Part shown: positions 17,143-26,334 of the stretch, piece after piece
Layout: each line of letters opens with the position of its first letter
How positions within the stretch are numbered: the stretch's first letter is position 1
NCBI GenBank assembly: GCA_965207785.1
Contig: CBDBNO010000012.1
Coordinates: forward strand, 187,808 to 251,807
DNA length: 64,000 nt
Direction: 5' to 3'
DNA from: Alphaproteobacteria bacterium
GTDB taxonomy: Bacteria; Pseudomonadota; Alphaproteobacteria; SP197
The notes under the pieces: generated by a model
The model's input: the letters and a program-made list of their open reading frames with translations, nothing else
Databases searched by the model: none
Told to the model about the DNA's origin: nothing
Program-made: the position numbers and the translations under genes

Positions 17143-17831
17143 TCCGCAAGACTCTCTGCATCACTGCGAGGAGCCACGACAAGATCTTTCCAGCCCGATC
17201 CCTCGAGATTCCGGGCGACGGCATCGCTCAGACAAAACCCGACGAGCGACGGCAAGAGCGTATCGGCGCCCGCCTTGCGAACGAGCGTCATGAAAACGGC
17301 AGCCGTTCTCGGCGAAAAGTGCGCCACACCCAGAAGATTGCCTCCACGAAGCGCGGCCAGCGCCGCCTGCGGAAGGTCACTGGCAGCGTCGGCATGATAG
17401 CCGACAACGCGTTCAACGACGAATCCGTCCCTCGCCAGGAGGCCCGCAAGGTCGCCGGCAACTCTCGAGCCCGACACATGAACCAGCCGCCCGGACGCAG
17501 GCTCGAGGTTCTGGCGGATGAGGACCGCCAGGCTCTCCAGGTCGCCGCCAGCGGCATGGACACCGGTGAAACCGTGTTCCCTGGCCCGGGCTGCAGAAGC
17601 CGTGCCGACAGCAAGAACCGGAACGCAGCGGTTCGCCGTGGCCCGCGCGAGGGCATCGGCGCCGTTGGCGCTCGTCACCACACATCCCTGGACACCGTCA
17701 AGGCCGCCAAGCGTGATGGTGATGTCGACGATCGTCAGCAGCGGAGCAATGAGGGCCTCGATTCCGCGACTCCGGAGAATGGCCGCAAAGGCAAGGGAGT
17801 CCCGCTTCGGCCTTGTGAGGAGAACAGTCAC
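17112..17831 (-). CDS. hemD: Uroporphyrinogen-III synthase
   Basis: 239 aa with a HemD-like fold signature (MTVLLTRP..., ...VAHFSPRTAAVF...). It overlaps the hemC stop by 4 nt. Confidence 0.8.
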   Translation of the reverse strand: MTVLLTRPKRDSLAFAAILRSRGIEALIAPLLTIVDITITLGGLDGVQGCVVTSANGADALARATANRCVPVLAVGTASAARAREHGFTGVHAAGGDLESLAVLIRQNLEPASGRLVHVSGSRVAGDLAGLLARDGFVVERVVGYHADAASDLPQAALAALRGGNLLGVAHFSPRTAAVFMTLVRKAGADTLLPSLVGFCLSDAVARNLEGSGWKDLVVAPRSDAESLAECIVLAGEHS

Positions 17832-18745
17832 GGCATCCGGCTCCCGTAGAGATCCCTGCCGGCACGACTCAACAGCCTCTCGCCGACCGCCCTGCCCACG
17901 GTCTCGGCCACGGCACCCCTGTCTTCACTCATCGTCCACCGGCTGCCATCCTCCGACAGCACCTGGGCACGGACCCGCACATCGCCGCCGGAGAGCGTGG
18001 CGAGGGCGGCGACGGGTGTCCGGCACGATCCATCGAGGACCGCGAGAACGGCGCGTTCCGCCTCGACACATTGTCGGGTAGGCGCATCATCGATGGTCTC
18101 CAGCAGGGCCAGGATTTCCGACTCCCCGGCGCGGCATGTCACGCCGATGGCGCCCTGCCCGGCGGCAGGGAGCAAGTCGTCCGGGTCGAGGAGCGCCGTC
18201 GCCTCGTGGAGAAGGCCCAGACGTTCCAGGCCGGCTGCCGCCAGCAGCGTCGCCGCGGCCTTTCCCGCCTTCAACCGGTCAAGGCGCGTGTCGACGTTGC
18301 CCCGCCAGGTCACGATCTCGAGATCGGGCCGCCGGCTGAGAAGCTGCGCCCGGCGGCGTATCGACGACGTGCCGACCCGGGAGCCCCTGGGAAGATCGCC
18401 AATCGAGGCGGCAATGCTCGAGACGAAGGCATCGCGGGGATCGGCGCGCGGCAGGAAGGCGCCCAGCACAACATCCGCGGTGATGGTGGTCTCCATGTCC
18501 TTCATGGAATGTACGGCAAGATCGGCCTCGCCCCGGGCCACCACCCGATCGATTTCCGCGGTGAAGACTCCCTTGCCCCCCACCTCGGCGAGAGGGCGGT
18601 CCCGAACCCGATCGCCGGTGGTGCGCACGACCACCATTTCCGGCGTTGCGAGATCGGGATGACGCGCCATCAGGGCTTCGCCGACGAGGTTGGCCTGGAA
18701 CCGTGCCAACTGGCTTCCCCGCGTCGCGATTCTCAAGGATTTCAC
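17828..18745 (-). CDS. hemC: Porphobilinogen deaminase (hydroxymethylbilane synthase)
   Basis: Strong HemC motifs are present: IATRGSQLA, GGKGVFTAE, HSMKDM and the cofactor Cys region. Confidence 0.95.
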   Translation of the reverse strand: MKSLRIATRGSQLARFQANLVGEALMARHPDLATPEMVVVRTTGDRVRDRPLAEVGGKGVFTAEIDRVVARGEADLAVHSMKDMETTITADVVLGAFLPRADPRDAFVSSIAASIGDLPRGSRVGTSSIRRRAQLLSRRPDLEIVTWRGNVDTRLDRLKAGKAAATLLAAAGLERLGLLHEATALLDPDDLLPAAGQGAIGVTCRAGESEILALLETIDDAPTRQCVEAERAVLAVLDGSCRTPVAALATLSGGDVRVRAQVLSEDGSRWTMSEDRGAVAETVGRAVGERLLSRAGRDLYGSRMP

Positions 18746-19041
18746 GTTCTATCGTCTCTCAAGGGACCAGGATGTGAACGATGCCGGAGCGCTTGCGACC
18801 ACCTGGAGCGGGTTGGTCGCAATCCTATCACGGCGATGCAAATGCAATCTGCGGTGGTCAAGCGGCGTCCTTTCCATCGCCCATCGCCGCTATCAGAATG
18901 TCTTCCGCCACGCCGACAGCGGATCGCCCAGTTCCGGTCGCTCCACGGCAACGGCCTGTCCTTGCTGAATCAGGCTGCAACAGACGGTGTTCTCCGACTG
19001 AAGGATGACCTTCGATGCCACCACGATCGTGGCGGCGGCGA

Positions 19042-20583
19042 TCAGATCCTGGCTTCGATCAGGAACGGACCCGGTGTCGCAAATCCGGCGGCGAGGGCCT
19101 CGTTGAACTCCTCGGCGGTGTCCGCCCGCCGGGCCTCGACACCCATGGAGTGCGACATCTCGACCCAGTTGATCTCGGGCCGGTCGAGATCGAACATGTC
19201 ATGGGCCTTCGGTCCCGGAGTGGCGCCAACATTCAGAAGTTCCGTGTGGAGAATGGCATAGGTCCGGTTGGCATAGACAACCGTGACGACGTCAAGCCGC
19301 TCACGTGCCTGGGTCCACAGCGCCTGGACCGTGTAGAGCGCACTGCCGTCACCGGTGAGACAGAGCACCTTGCGGTCGGGACAGGCGACCGCCGCGCCCG
19401 TTGCCTCGGGCACGGCGCGGCCGATGGACCCTCCGGTTCCAAACAGCCAGTCATGGTGCGGACATCCCGCGGTGTAGGGATGGAGCATGCGTCCCGATGT
19501 GATCGCCTCGTCGGAGACGATGCACCCTTCAGGCATCAGGTGGCCGATCGCCGCGGCGATCTTGTGGATATCGAGGTCTCCGGATCCAAGGTCCGGCCTC
19601 TTTGCCGCCTCGCGACGGGGCTCGCACCCCATGGCGCCGAGATCGTCTGCGAGGCGTTCGAGCCCATCCATGATGTCGTCCGCGACTCCCGCAAGCTCAA
19701 CCGGGCGGGCGGTCTCGGGAACGAGCAGGCTCGGCTTGCCGGGATAGGCAAAGAAAGCCACCGGCATCTTCGCACCGACGAGAATGACATGACGTACTCC
19801 GGCGGTGGCGGCCAGTGCGACATCAACTACATAGGGCATGCGTTCCGGGTTGACCCGGCCGGCCCCGCGCTCCGTGCGGGCGCCGGCAAACTCGGTCATG
19901 AGGAGAGCGCCGGTGCGCTCCGCGATACGTCCGGCCAACTCGGTTGCATCGGCGCGCAACGCCCGACCGCCAAGCAGGATCAGTGTCGGCTCGCCGGACG
20001 TGAGCGCATCCCGGCATGCCATGACCCGGGCCTCGTCCGCCCGTTGCGGCGCAGGTACAGCCGGAACCGGAGAAGGACCCTCCGCATCGTTCCACGCCGT
20101 GTCCGCCGGAAGAACGAGGGTGGCGATCTGCCCCGGCGGAGTGCGCGCTGCGGCAATCGCCGCCGCCCCGTCGGCGGCGACCGACACCGCGTCCGCGCTG
20201 GTCCTCACCCAGTCGGAAACCGGCCGGGCGATGCCCTCGATATCGGCTGTCAGCGGTGCGTCATGGGCAATGTGGTAGGTCGCGTGTTCGCCGACGATGT
20301 TGACGATGGGTGTTCTCGCCTTTCTGGCATTGTGCAGGTTGGCCAGGCCATTTCCCAGTCCGGGACCCGTATGGAGAAGCGTTGCCGCCGGGCCGTCCTT
20401 CATGCGTCCGTAGCCGTCGGCGGCGCCGGTCACCACGCCCTCGAAGAGGCCCAGGATGCACCGCATGCCGTCGACCTTGTCGAGGGCGGCGCAAAAGTGC
20501 ATTTCCGAGGTGCCGGGGTTGGTGAAACAGGTGTCCACTCCGCCCTTGACGAGCGTGCGCACGAGGCTCTCGGCCCCGTTCAT
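19042..20583 (-). CDS. Thiamine-pyrophosphate-dependent enzyme of the acetolactate synthase-like family
   Basis: It has the ALS-like N-terminal PYR domain (GAESLVRTLVKGGVDTCFTNPGTSEMHF) and the TPP motif GDGSALYTVQALWT. The start is ambiguous between 20583 and 20598. Confidence 0.8.
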   Translation of the reverse strand: MNGAESLVRTLVKGGVDTCFTNPGTSEMHFCAALDKVDGMRCILGLFEGVVTGAADGYGRMKDGPAATLLHTGPGLGNGLANLHNARKARTPIVNIVGEHATYHIAHDAPLTADIEGIARPVSDWVRTSADAVSVAADGAAAIAAARTPPGQIATLVLPADTAWNDAEGPSPVPAVPAPQRADEARVMACRDALTSGEPTLILLGGRALRADATELAGRIAERTGALLMTEFAGARTERGAGRVNPERMPYVVDVALAATAGVRHVILVGAKMPVAFFAYPGKPSLLVPETARPVELAGVADDIMDGLERLADDLGAMGCEPRREAAKRPDLGSGDLDIHKIAAAIGHLMPEGCIVSDEAITSGRMLHPYTAGCPHHDWLFGTGGSIGRAVPEATGAAVACPDRKVLCLTGDGSALYTVQALWTQARERLDVVTVVYANRTYAILHTELLNVGATPGPKAHDMFDLDRPEINWVEMSHSMGVEARRADTAEEFNEALAAGFATPGPFLIEARI

Positions 20584-20619
20584 GACATTGCCTTCCATGG
20601 GATTGGTCACCACTTCCAG

Positions 20620-21366
20620 TCAGGGTTCATCGAGAAAACGGTTGAGCTTGCTGGCAAGATCCTTCACCGACGCGTCCACCAGGCGACGTCCGGCATCGGG
20701 CGTGGAGAGTGACGGCAGGCTGCCGATCCGCCCGTCGGGATAGCGCCTGCGGTAGTCGTCCGAATCGTGGAACCCCGACCAGGCAGGCGCCCTGCCGGCA
20801 AGATTGACCTTCTTGATGTGGTCGGGAAAGGCAAACCAGGTGACCGAGACCTCGCTGCACGTCGCATGCTCGCCCTCGTCGGCCCCATAGAGTTCCTTCG
20901 AAATCGACCGCACGCCCGCCGAATCCCACCAGTTCGACAGCGTGCAGCGCAGAGGCCGTTCCACGGGTCTGGTGCGCATCGAGACCTCGGAATGGATTTC
21001 GGCGATCGCCGCATGGATGGTGGCAATGTTTCCGCCGTGCCCGTTGAGAAAGAAGAACCGGTCGAATCCGTGTCGGGCAAGGGAGACGACGCAGTCCCGG
21101 ATGACGCTCATGAGCGTCGAGGGACGCAGACACATCGACCCGGAAAAGCCGAGATGATGCTGCGCCACCCCGATGCCAAGGGTGGGTGCCACAAGAACGC
21201 CGGTCTCCTCGCCGAGACGACGGGCGACAATCTCCGGACAGATGGCATCGGTTCCGATCAGACCGCCCGGGCCGTGCTGTTCGGTGGAGCCCACCGGCAT
21301 GATGATGCCCGAACGCGACTCCAGGTAGTGTTCCACTTCCTGCCATGTGGAAAGACTGAGCTGCAT
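20620..21366 (-). CDS. Creatininase-family amidohydrolase
   Basis: The creatinine amidohydrolase pattern is present: IIMPVGSTEQHGP...GHGGN. Confidence 0.75.
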   Translation of the reverse strand: MQLSLSTWQEVEHYLESRSGIIMPVGSTEQHGPGGLIGTDAICPEIVARRLGEETGVLVAPTLGIGVAQHHLGFSGSMCLRPSTLMSVIRDCVVSLARHGFDRFFFLNGHGGNIATIHAAIAEIHSEVSMRTRPVERPLRCTLSNWWDSAGVRSISKELYGADEGEHATCSEVSVTWFAFPDHIKKVNLAGRAPAWSGFHDSDDYRRRYPDGRIGSLPSLSTPDAGRRLVDASVKDLASKLNRFLDEP

Positions 21367-21497
21367 GATCCCCCCCGCCACGCTTGCGCCAAGACTATCC
21401 CGCCGTGCCGTCAGGGGACAATGGCGCCGGATGGTGGATTCTTGATTCCAGGAGGCGTGTCGGGCCACACTTCCCGGCGATCAGAGACGAGGTTCCC

Positions 21498-23438
21498 ATG
21501 ACCGACGATGTTGTCCATGGCGTTCCATCGGGATGGGCTTCACGGGCCCACGTCGACAACGATGCCTACCTTGCCATGTACGAGGAGTCGATTCGCGACC
21601 CGGAGGGTTTCTGGGCGCGGCACGGCCTGCGAATCGACTGGATCACGCCCTATTCGAAGGTCAAGAACACGACCTACGACGATGATGTGGAAATCAGGTG
21701 GTTCGAGGACGGCGAACTCAATGTCGCGGCCAACTGCCTCGACCGGCACCTCGCGGCACGCGGCGATCAGGCGGCCATCATCTGGGAGCCGGACGACCCC
21801 GGGGAAGACTCGCGCACGCTGACCTACAGGGAACTCTGCGAAGATGTCTGCCGAATGGCCAACGTCCTCCTCGGGATGGGCGTCGGCCGTGGCGACCGGG
21901 TCACCATCTACATGCCGATGATTCCCGAGGCGGCCTCGGCCATGCTCGCCTGCGCCCGGATCGGTGCCGTCCATTCCGTCGTGTTCGGAGGGTTCTCGCC
22001 GGACGCCCTTGCCAGCCGCATCCACGACTGCGACTCGCGCTTCCTCATCACGGCCGACGAGGGTTTGCGTGGCGGCAGGAAGGTACCACTCAAGAAAAAC
22101 GCTGATCAGGCGCTCGAGGACTGTCCGGATGTCAGCGCCGTCCTGGTGGTCCGCCGCACCGGCGCTGACGTGGCCATGAAGGAGGGTCGCGACCACTGGT
22201 GGCATGACGCAAGACTGTCGGCCAGCGCCGACTGCCCGGCGGCGACCATGGGCGCGGAGGATCCCCTTTTCATCCTCTACACGTCGGGTTCGACCGGCAA
22301 ACCCAAGGGAGTGCTGCACACCTCCGGCGGCTATCTCGTCTATGCTTCCATGACCCACAGTTATGTCTTCGACTATCATGATGGTGACATCTACTGGTGC
22401 ACGGCCGATGTCGGCTGGGTCACCGGTCACAGCTACATCGTCTACGGGCCCCTGGCCAACGGCGCCACCACGTTGATGTTCGAAGGCGTACCGAACTGGC
22501 CCGATGCCAGCCGCCACTGGCAGGTTGTCGACAAGCACTCGGTCAACATCTACTACACGGCGCCGACGGCCATCCGCGCCCTCATGAGGGAGGGTGACGA
22601 ACCGGTCGCATCCACATCACGTGCCAGTCTGCGCCTGCTCGGCTCGGTCGGCGAACCCATCAATCCGGAGGCCTGGGAATGGTACTGGCGCGTCGTCGGC
22701 GACAGCCGCTGTCCGATCGTCGATACCTGGTGGCAGACGGAGACCGGGGGCATCCTGATCACACCCCTGCCCGGCGCCACAGATCTCAAGCCGGGGTCGG
22801 CGACCAGGCCGTTCTTCGGAGTCAGGCCGGCCATTGTCGACAATGACGGTCGAATCCTGGAGGGAGCGGCCACCGGAAATCTCTGCATACTGGATTCCTG
22901 GCCGGGCCAGATGCGGACGGTCTACGGCGATCACGAACGCTTCATCCAGACCTATTTCGCCACCTATCCCGGCAAGTACTTCACTGGTGACGGCGCCAGG
23001 AGGGACGAGGATGGCTACTACTGGATCACCGGCCGTGTGGACGATGTCCTCAATGTCTCCGGTCACCGCATGGGGACCGCCGAGATCGAGAGCGCACTGG
23101 TCGCCCACCCCAGGGTTGCCGAGGCCGCCGTGGTCGGCGCTCCGCACGACATCAAGGGGCAGGGCATCTATGCCTATGTGACGCTCAATGCCGGCGAGGA
23201 GCCTGGCGACGACCTCGCGCGGGAACTCGTTCTGTGGGTGCGCAAGGGGATCGGACCCATCGCCAGCCCCGACTGGCTGCAGTGGGCGCCGGGTCTGCCC
23301 AAGACCCGTTCAGGCAAGATCATGCGGCGCATTCTCCGCAAGATTGCCGAAAACGATTTCGGCAACCTGGGGGACACGTCAACCCTTGCCGAGCCCGGTG
23401 TCGTGGACGATCTCATCGAGAACCGGCAGAACAGGTAG
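21498..23438 (+). CDS. acs: Acetyl-coenzyme A synthetase (AMP-forming)
   Basis: It has the AMP-binding motif [12 protein letters not shown], an ACS-specific N-terminus and the C-terminal [11 protein letters not shown] lysine motif. Confidence 0.95.
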   Translation: MTDDVVHGVPSGWASRAHVDNDAYLAMYEESIRDPEGFWARHGLRIDWITPYSKVKNTTYDDDVEIRWFEDGELNVAANCLDRHLAARGDQAAIIWEPDDPGEDSRTLTYRELCEDVCRMANVLLGMGVGRGDRVTIYMPMIPEAASAMLACARIGAVHSVVFGGFSPDALASRIHDCDSRFLITADEGLRGGRKVPLKKNADQALEDCPDVSAVLVVRRTGADVAMKEGRDHWWHDARLSASADCPAATMGAEDPLFILYTSGSTGKPKGVLHTSGGYLVYASMTHSYVFDYHDGDIYWCTADVGWVTGHSYIVYGPLANGATTLMFEGVPNWPDASRHWQVVDKHSVNIYYTAPTAIRALMREGDEPVASTSRASLRLLGSVGEPINPEAWEWYWRVVGDSRCPIVDTWWQTETGGILITPLPGATDLKPGSATRPFFGVRPAIVDNDGRILEGAATGNLCILDSWPGQMRTVYGDHERFIQTYFATYPGKYFTGDGARRDEDGYYWITGRVDDVLNVSGHRMGTAEIESALVAHPRVAEAAVVGAPHDIKGQGIYAYVTLNAGEEPGDDLARELVLWVRKGIGPIASPDWLQWAPGLPKTRSGKIMRRILRKIAENDFGNLGDTSTLAEPGVVDDLIENRQNR

Positions 23439-23465
23439 TCCCGCCTCGCCCGGAGAACCGGGGCC

Positions 23466-24482
23466 ATGCCAACGCTGGATGCGGATGTCCTGAGGGACTT
23501 TTGCAGGGACATCCTCGTGGCCGCCGGCATGCGCGACGGCGACGCCTGCGCCGTTGCCGCCCATCTCGTTGACGCCGAACTCAAGAATGTGATCTCGCAT
23601 GGCGTCAACAGGATTCCCTACTACCTCTCGTTCTTCGAGAACCGCAGCGCCGAACCGGTTGCCGACATCACCGTGACCCGGCCCGCACATTCGATGGTGC
23701 GTGTCGACGGTGGCAGCGGACTTGGCATTCTCGCCATGGAACGGGCGGTCGATGAGCTGATCGACATGACAAGTCACCAGCCGGTGATGGCGGCGGGTAT
23801 CGTCAATGTCGCCCACACCGGACGCATGGGAGCCTATGCCGAACGCCTGGCCCGGCATGGCTTGCTCGCCATGATCTGCGGGGGTGGCGGGCGGGAGCGC
23901 TGGCGCATGGTGGCAGCCCATGGCGGTCGCGGCGGGATGCTGTCGACCAATCCCTGGGCTCTCGCCATGCCGGCTGGCGAGGACGGTCCCGTGTCGGCGG
24001 ACTTTGCCACCTGTGTCGTGGCAAACGGCAAGATTCGCCTGCGCCGGCAAACCGGTGAGGAGGTTCCTGAAGGCTGGCTGATCGACCGTGACGGCTATCC
24101 CACCACGAAGATCAACGACTATGACAACGGCGGGGCCCTGCTCCCGGCCGGCGGCCACAAGGGTTACGGTCTTGCCGTTATTGGCGAAATTGTCGGCGCC
24201 GCCATGCTCGGTCCGACATTCGAATTCAACTGGTTCGTTGTTGCCATCGCCACCAATGTCTTCTGTTCAGCCGAACACTATGACGAAAACGCACGGGCCG
24301 TTGTCGAAAGCCTGCGTGCTTCACCACCCGCACCCGGTATCGATCGGGTGCGGGTTCCGGGAGATCCCGAAAGGGAAAGCGAACACCGGAAACGGACATC
24401 CGGCATCGAACTTCACTCGGAAGTCTGGCAAGGCCTCGTCGATGCCGCCTGCAAAAACGGGGTGCCGATACCGTCAACCTGA
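23466..24482 (+). CDS. Ldh2 family (malate/L-lactate dehydrogenase-like, type 2) oxidoreductase
   Basis: The Ldh_2 family pattern is present (...NVISHGVNRIPYY..., AHTGRMGAYAE, GGHKGYGLAV). Confidence 0.75.
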   Translation: MPTLDADVLRDFCRDILVAAGMRDGDACAVAAHLVDAELKNVISHGVNRIPYYLSFFENRSAEPVADITVTRPAHSMVRVDGGSGLGILAMERAVDELIDMTSHQPVMAAGIVNVAHTGRMGAYAERLARHGLLAMICGGGGRERWRMVAAHGGRGGMLSTNPWALAMPAGEDGPVSADFATCVVANGKIRLRRQTGEEVPEGWLIDRDGYPTTKINDYDNGGALLPAGGHKGYGLAVIGEIVGAAMLGPTFEFNWFVVAIATNVFCSAEHYDENARAVVESLRASPPAPGIDRVRVPGDPERESEHRKRTSGIELHSEVWQGLVDAACKNGVPIPST

Positions 24483-24504
24483 AAATGCGGCGCCGACCCC
24501 GTTT

Positions 24505-25442
24505 TCAGTTGGCAATGTACCGATACTTGTCGCGACGTAACCTGCCCTCCTGCAGGAGGTCCTTGACAGCCCGTTTCGCGTCGGCGCTGGAAAGCGACAC
24601 ACCGGTCACCTGTTCAACGCCCGCGCGAATGGCGGACATTTTGCAGCCTGTTTCTCCGGCCCGGGCAATGACGCCGGCAACCTCGCCCATCGCCTGCGCA
24701 ACTTCTGCGGAAACGGGCTTGCGGGGCCGCCCACGCCTGCCGCCTCCCGATGGCGCCAACGATGCGGTCGACTCCGGTTCTTCCGTTTCACCTGTCGCCG
24801 GATCTTCCTCGAAGGGAATCGAGTCGTCCTCGGACTGCGCCGCCTCCGATTCCTGACCCCCATCAGATCCGGTTGCCGAATTGTCGACATTCGACGTCAT
24901 GCCGTCATCCAAAGGAGTTTCAGATTCCGCCTGAGCGGCCTCGGACGCGGGTTCCCCGACAGCCACGAAGCGGTAGCCCTCGCGACGAATGCTCATTTCC
25001 GACAGAAGTGACTGAAGAACTTCGTCAAGCGCCTTGCGAGCCGGCTCCTCGCCCTTGCGATTGGCGAGCAATCCGCTCAAGGCTGAACGCTTGATGCCGT
25101 ATTGTCCGGAATTGGAAATCGCGGCGAGCACTTTCTTGGGTGCAACCCTGACATGTCCTCCGGCGGTCCTTCCGGTAGCCTTGCGACCCCGTCCCTTTCC
25201 GGAAGGAGTCTTGCCGGTTTTCCTGGCAGGGCGCCTGCCCCTCCTCGCCGGCTGGCGCTCCGCAACGGCATCACCGATCAGCGCTTCCAGGCTTTGTGCC
25301 GCCTTTTGCATGTCCTCGATCGATTTTCCGACAGTCGCGGCTTCGGCCAGCAATGTCTGGCGCCTTTCCTCTTCGGATGCAATTTCCCTGTTAATCAGCA
25401 CCAGGGCCTCTGCAATCTTGGCGTTGCTCACGTGGATTCCCT
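24505..25442 (-). CDS. Hypothetical DNA-binding protein with an N-terminal coiled coil, AT-hook-like GRGRK / GRPRKP repeats, an acidic linker and a C-terminal winged-helix-like region
   Basis: It has a GTG start with a GGGAAAGGGAA ribosome-binding site. The motifs are RRGRRPARKTGKTPSGKGRGRKATGR and GGGRRGRPRKPV, followed by an acidic stretch DGGQESEAAQSEDDSIPFEEDPATGETEEPE. Confidence 0.55.
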
Positions 25443-25587
25443 TTCCCGGTTTGCCTCGAGATTCCGGTATGTTCCAATATTCACTAAGGCCGGGGTGCCC
25501 AAACGTCAATCCCTTTGTGCAGGAAGAAGGATTTCATTTGGGAAAGTGTGGTAGGTTCCGCATCCAATTGCTGTTGGAGTTCGGCAG

Positions 25588-26325
25588 ATGGCAGACAGTG
25601 ACACCAAGGAAGGCTGGAACGAGGATGATTCACGCCACTTCATCGACTACGGCGCCTATTTTGTGCCCGAGCGGGAGACACAGATTGACACAATTTGCAG
25701 TGTCATTCCCGTGCCGCCGGAAAACTCCCTGATTGTCGACATCTGTTGCGGTGAAGGTCTTCTCGCATCGGCCCTGGCCCGACGATTCAGCCAATGCCAT
25801 ATATTGGCGCTTGATGGCTCATCGGCCATGCTCGAGGCAACAGGCAGGCGCCTCGGCAGGACCGGAACGTCCTGGACAACGTCCTTCATGGACATTTCCG
25901 ATTCGGGCTGGCGGCAATTCGACCGTCCGGTCCATGCCTTCGTGTCATCGCTTGCCGTCCACCACCTCGATGGACCGGGAAAGGCCTCCTTGTTCAGGGA
26001 TCTCGCGGCGGCCCTTGCACCCGGCGGCGTGATCGTCATCTGCGATCTCGTCGAGGCGCGGCGCCGGGAAGGCCTCACTCTGTGGGAGCGTCACTGGGAT
26101 GACGGCGTCAGGGAAAGGGCCATTCGTCTCGATGGCAACGAGAAGATGCTGCACTTCTTCCGCGAGGACGGCTGGAACTATTACAGCGACCCCGAAGCCG
26201 ATCCGGTCGACATGCCATCCGGTCTTTTCGAACAGCTCAAGTGGCTAGAGGAAGCCGGTCTGGTGGATGTCGATCTCCACTGGCTTGTGGCCGGACACGC
26301 GATCTTTTCAGCCCGCAAACCCTGA
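25588..26325 (+). CDS. Class I SAM-dependent methyltransferase
   Basis: It has a Rossmann-like SAM motif (VDICCGEGLLA, ILALDGSSAML) and is 245 aa. Confidence 0.75.
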   Translation: MADSDTKEGWNEDDSRHFIDYGAYFVPERETQIDTICSVIPVPPENSLIVDICCGEGLLASALARRFSQCHILALDGSSAMLEATGRRLGRTGTSWTTSFMDISDSGWRQFDRPVHAFVSSLAVHHLDGPGKASLFRDLAAALAPGGVIVICDLVEARRREGLTLWERHWDDGVRERAIRLDGNEKMLHFFREDGWNYYSDPEADPVDMPSGLFEQLKWLEEAGLVDVDLHWLVAGHAIFSARKP

Positions 26326-26334
26326 GACCTGCCG

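Noticed and set aside
18746-19041. Small ORFs (69-92 aa) in the gap upstream of hemC
   Set aside because: They have no ribosome-binding site or domain signal. The region is more plausibly the hemC operon promoter and leader.
19015-20712. A 565-aa plus-strand ORF
   Set aside because: It is antisense to the TPP-dependent enzyme gene (19042..20583) and shows no recognisable domain.
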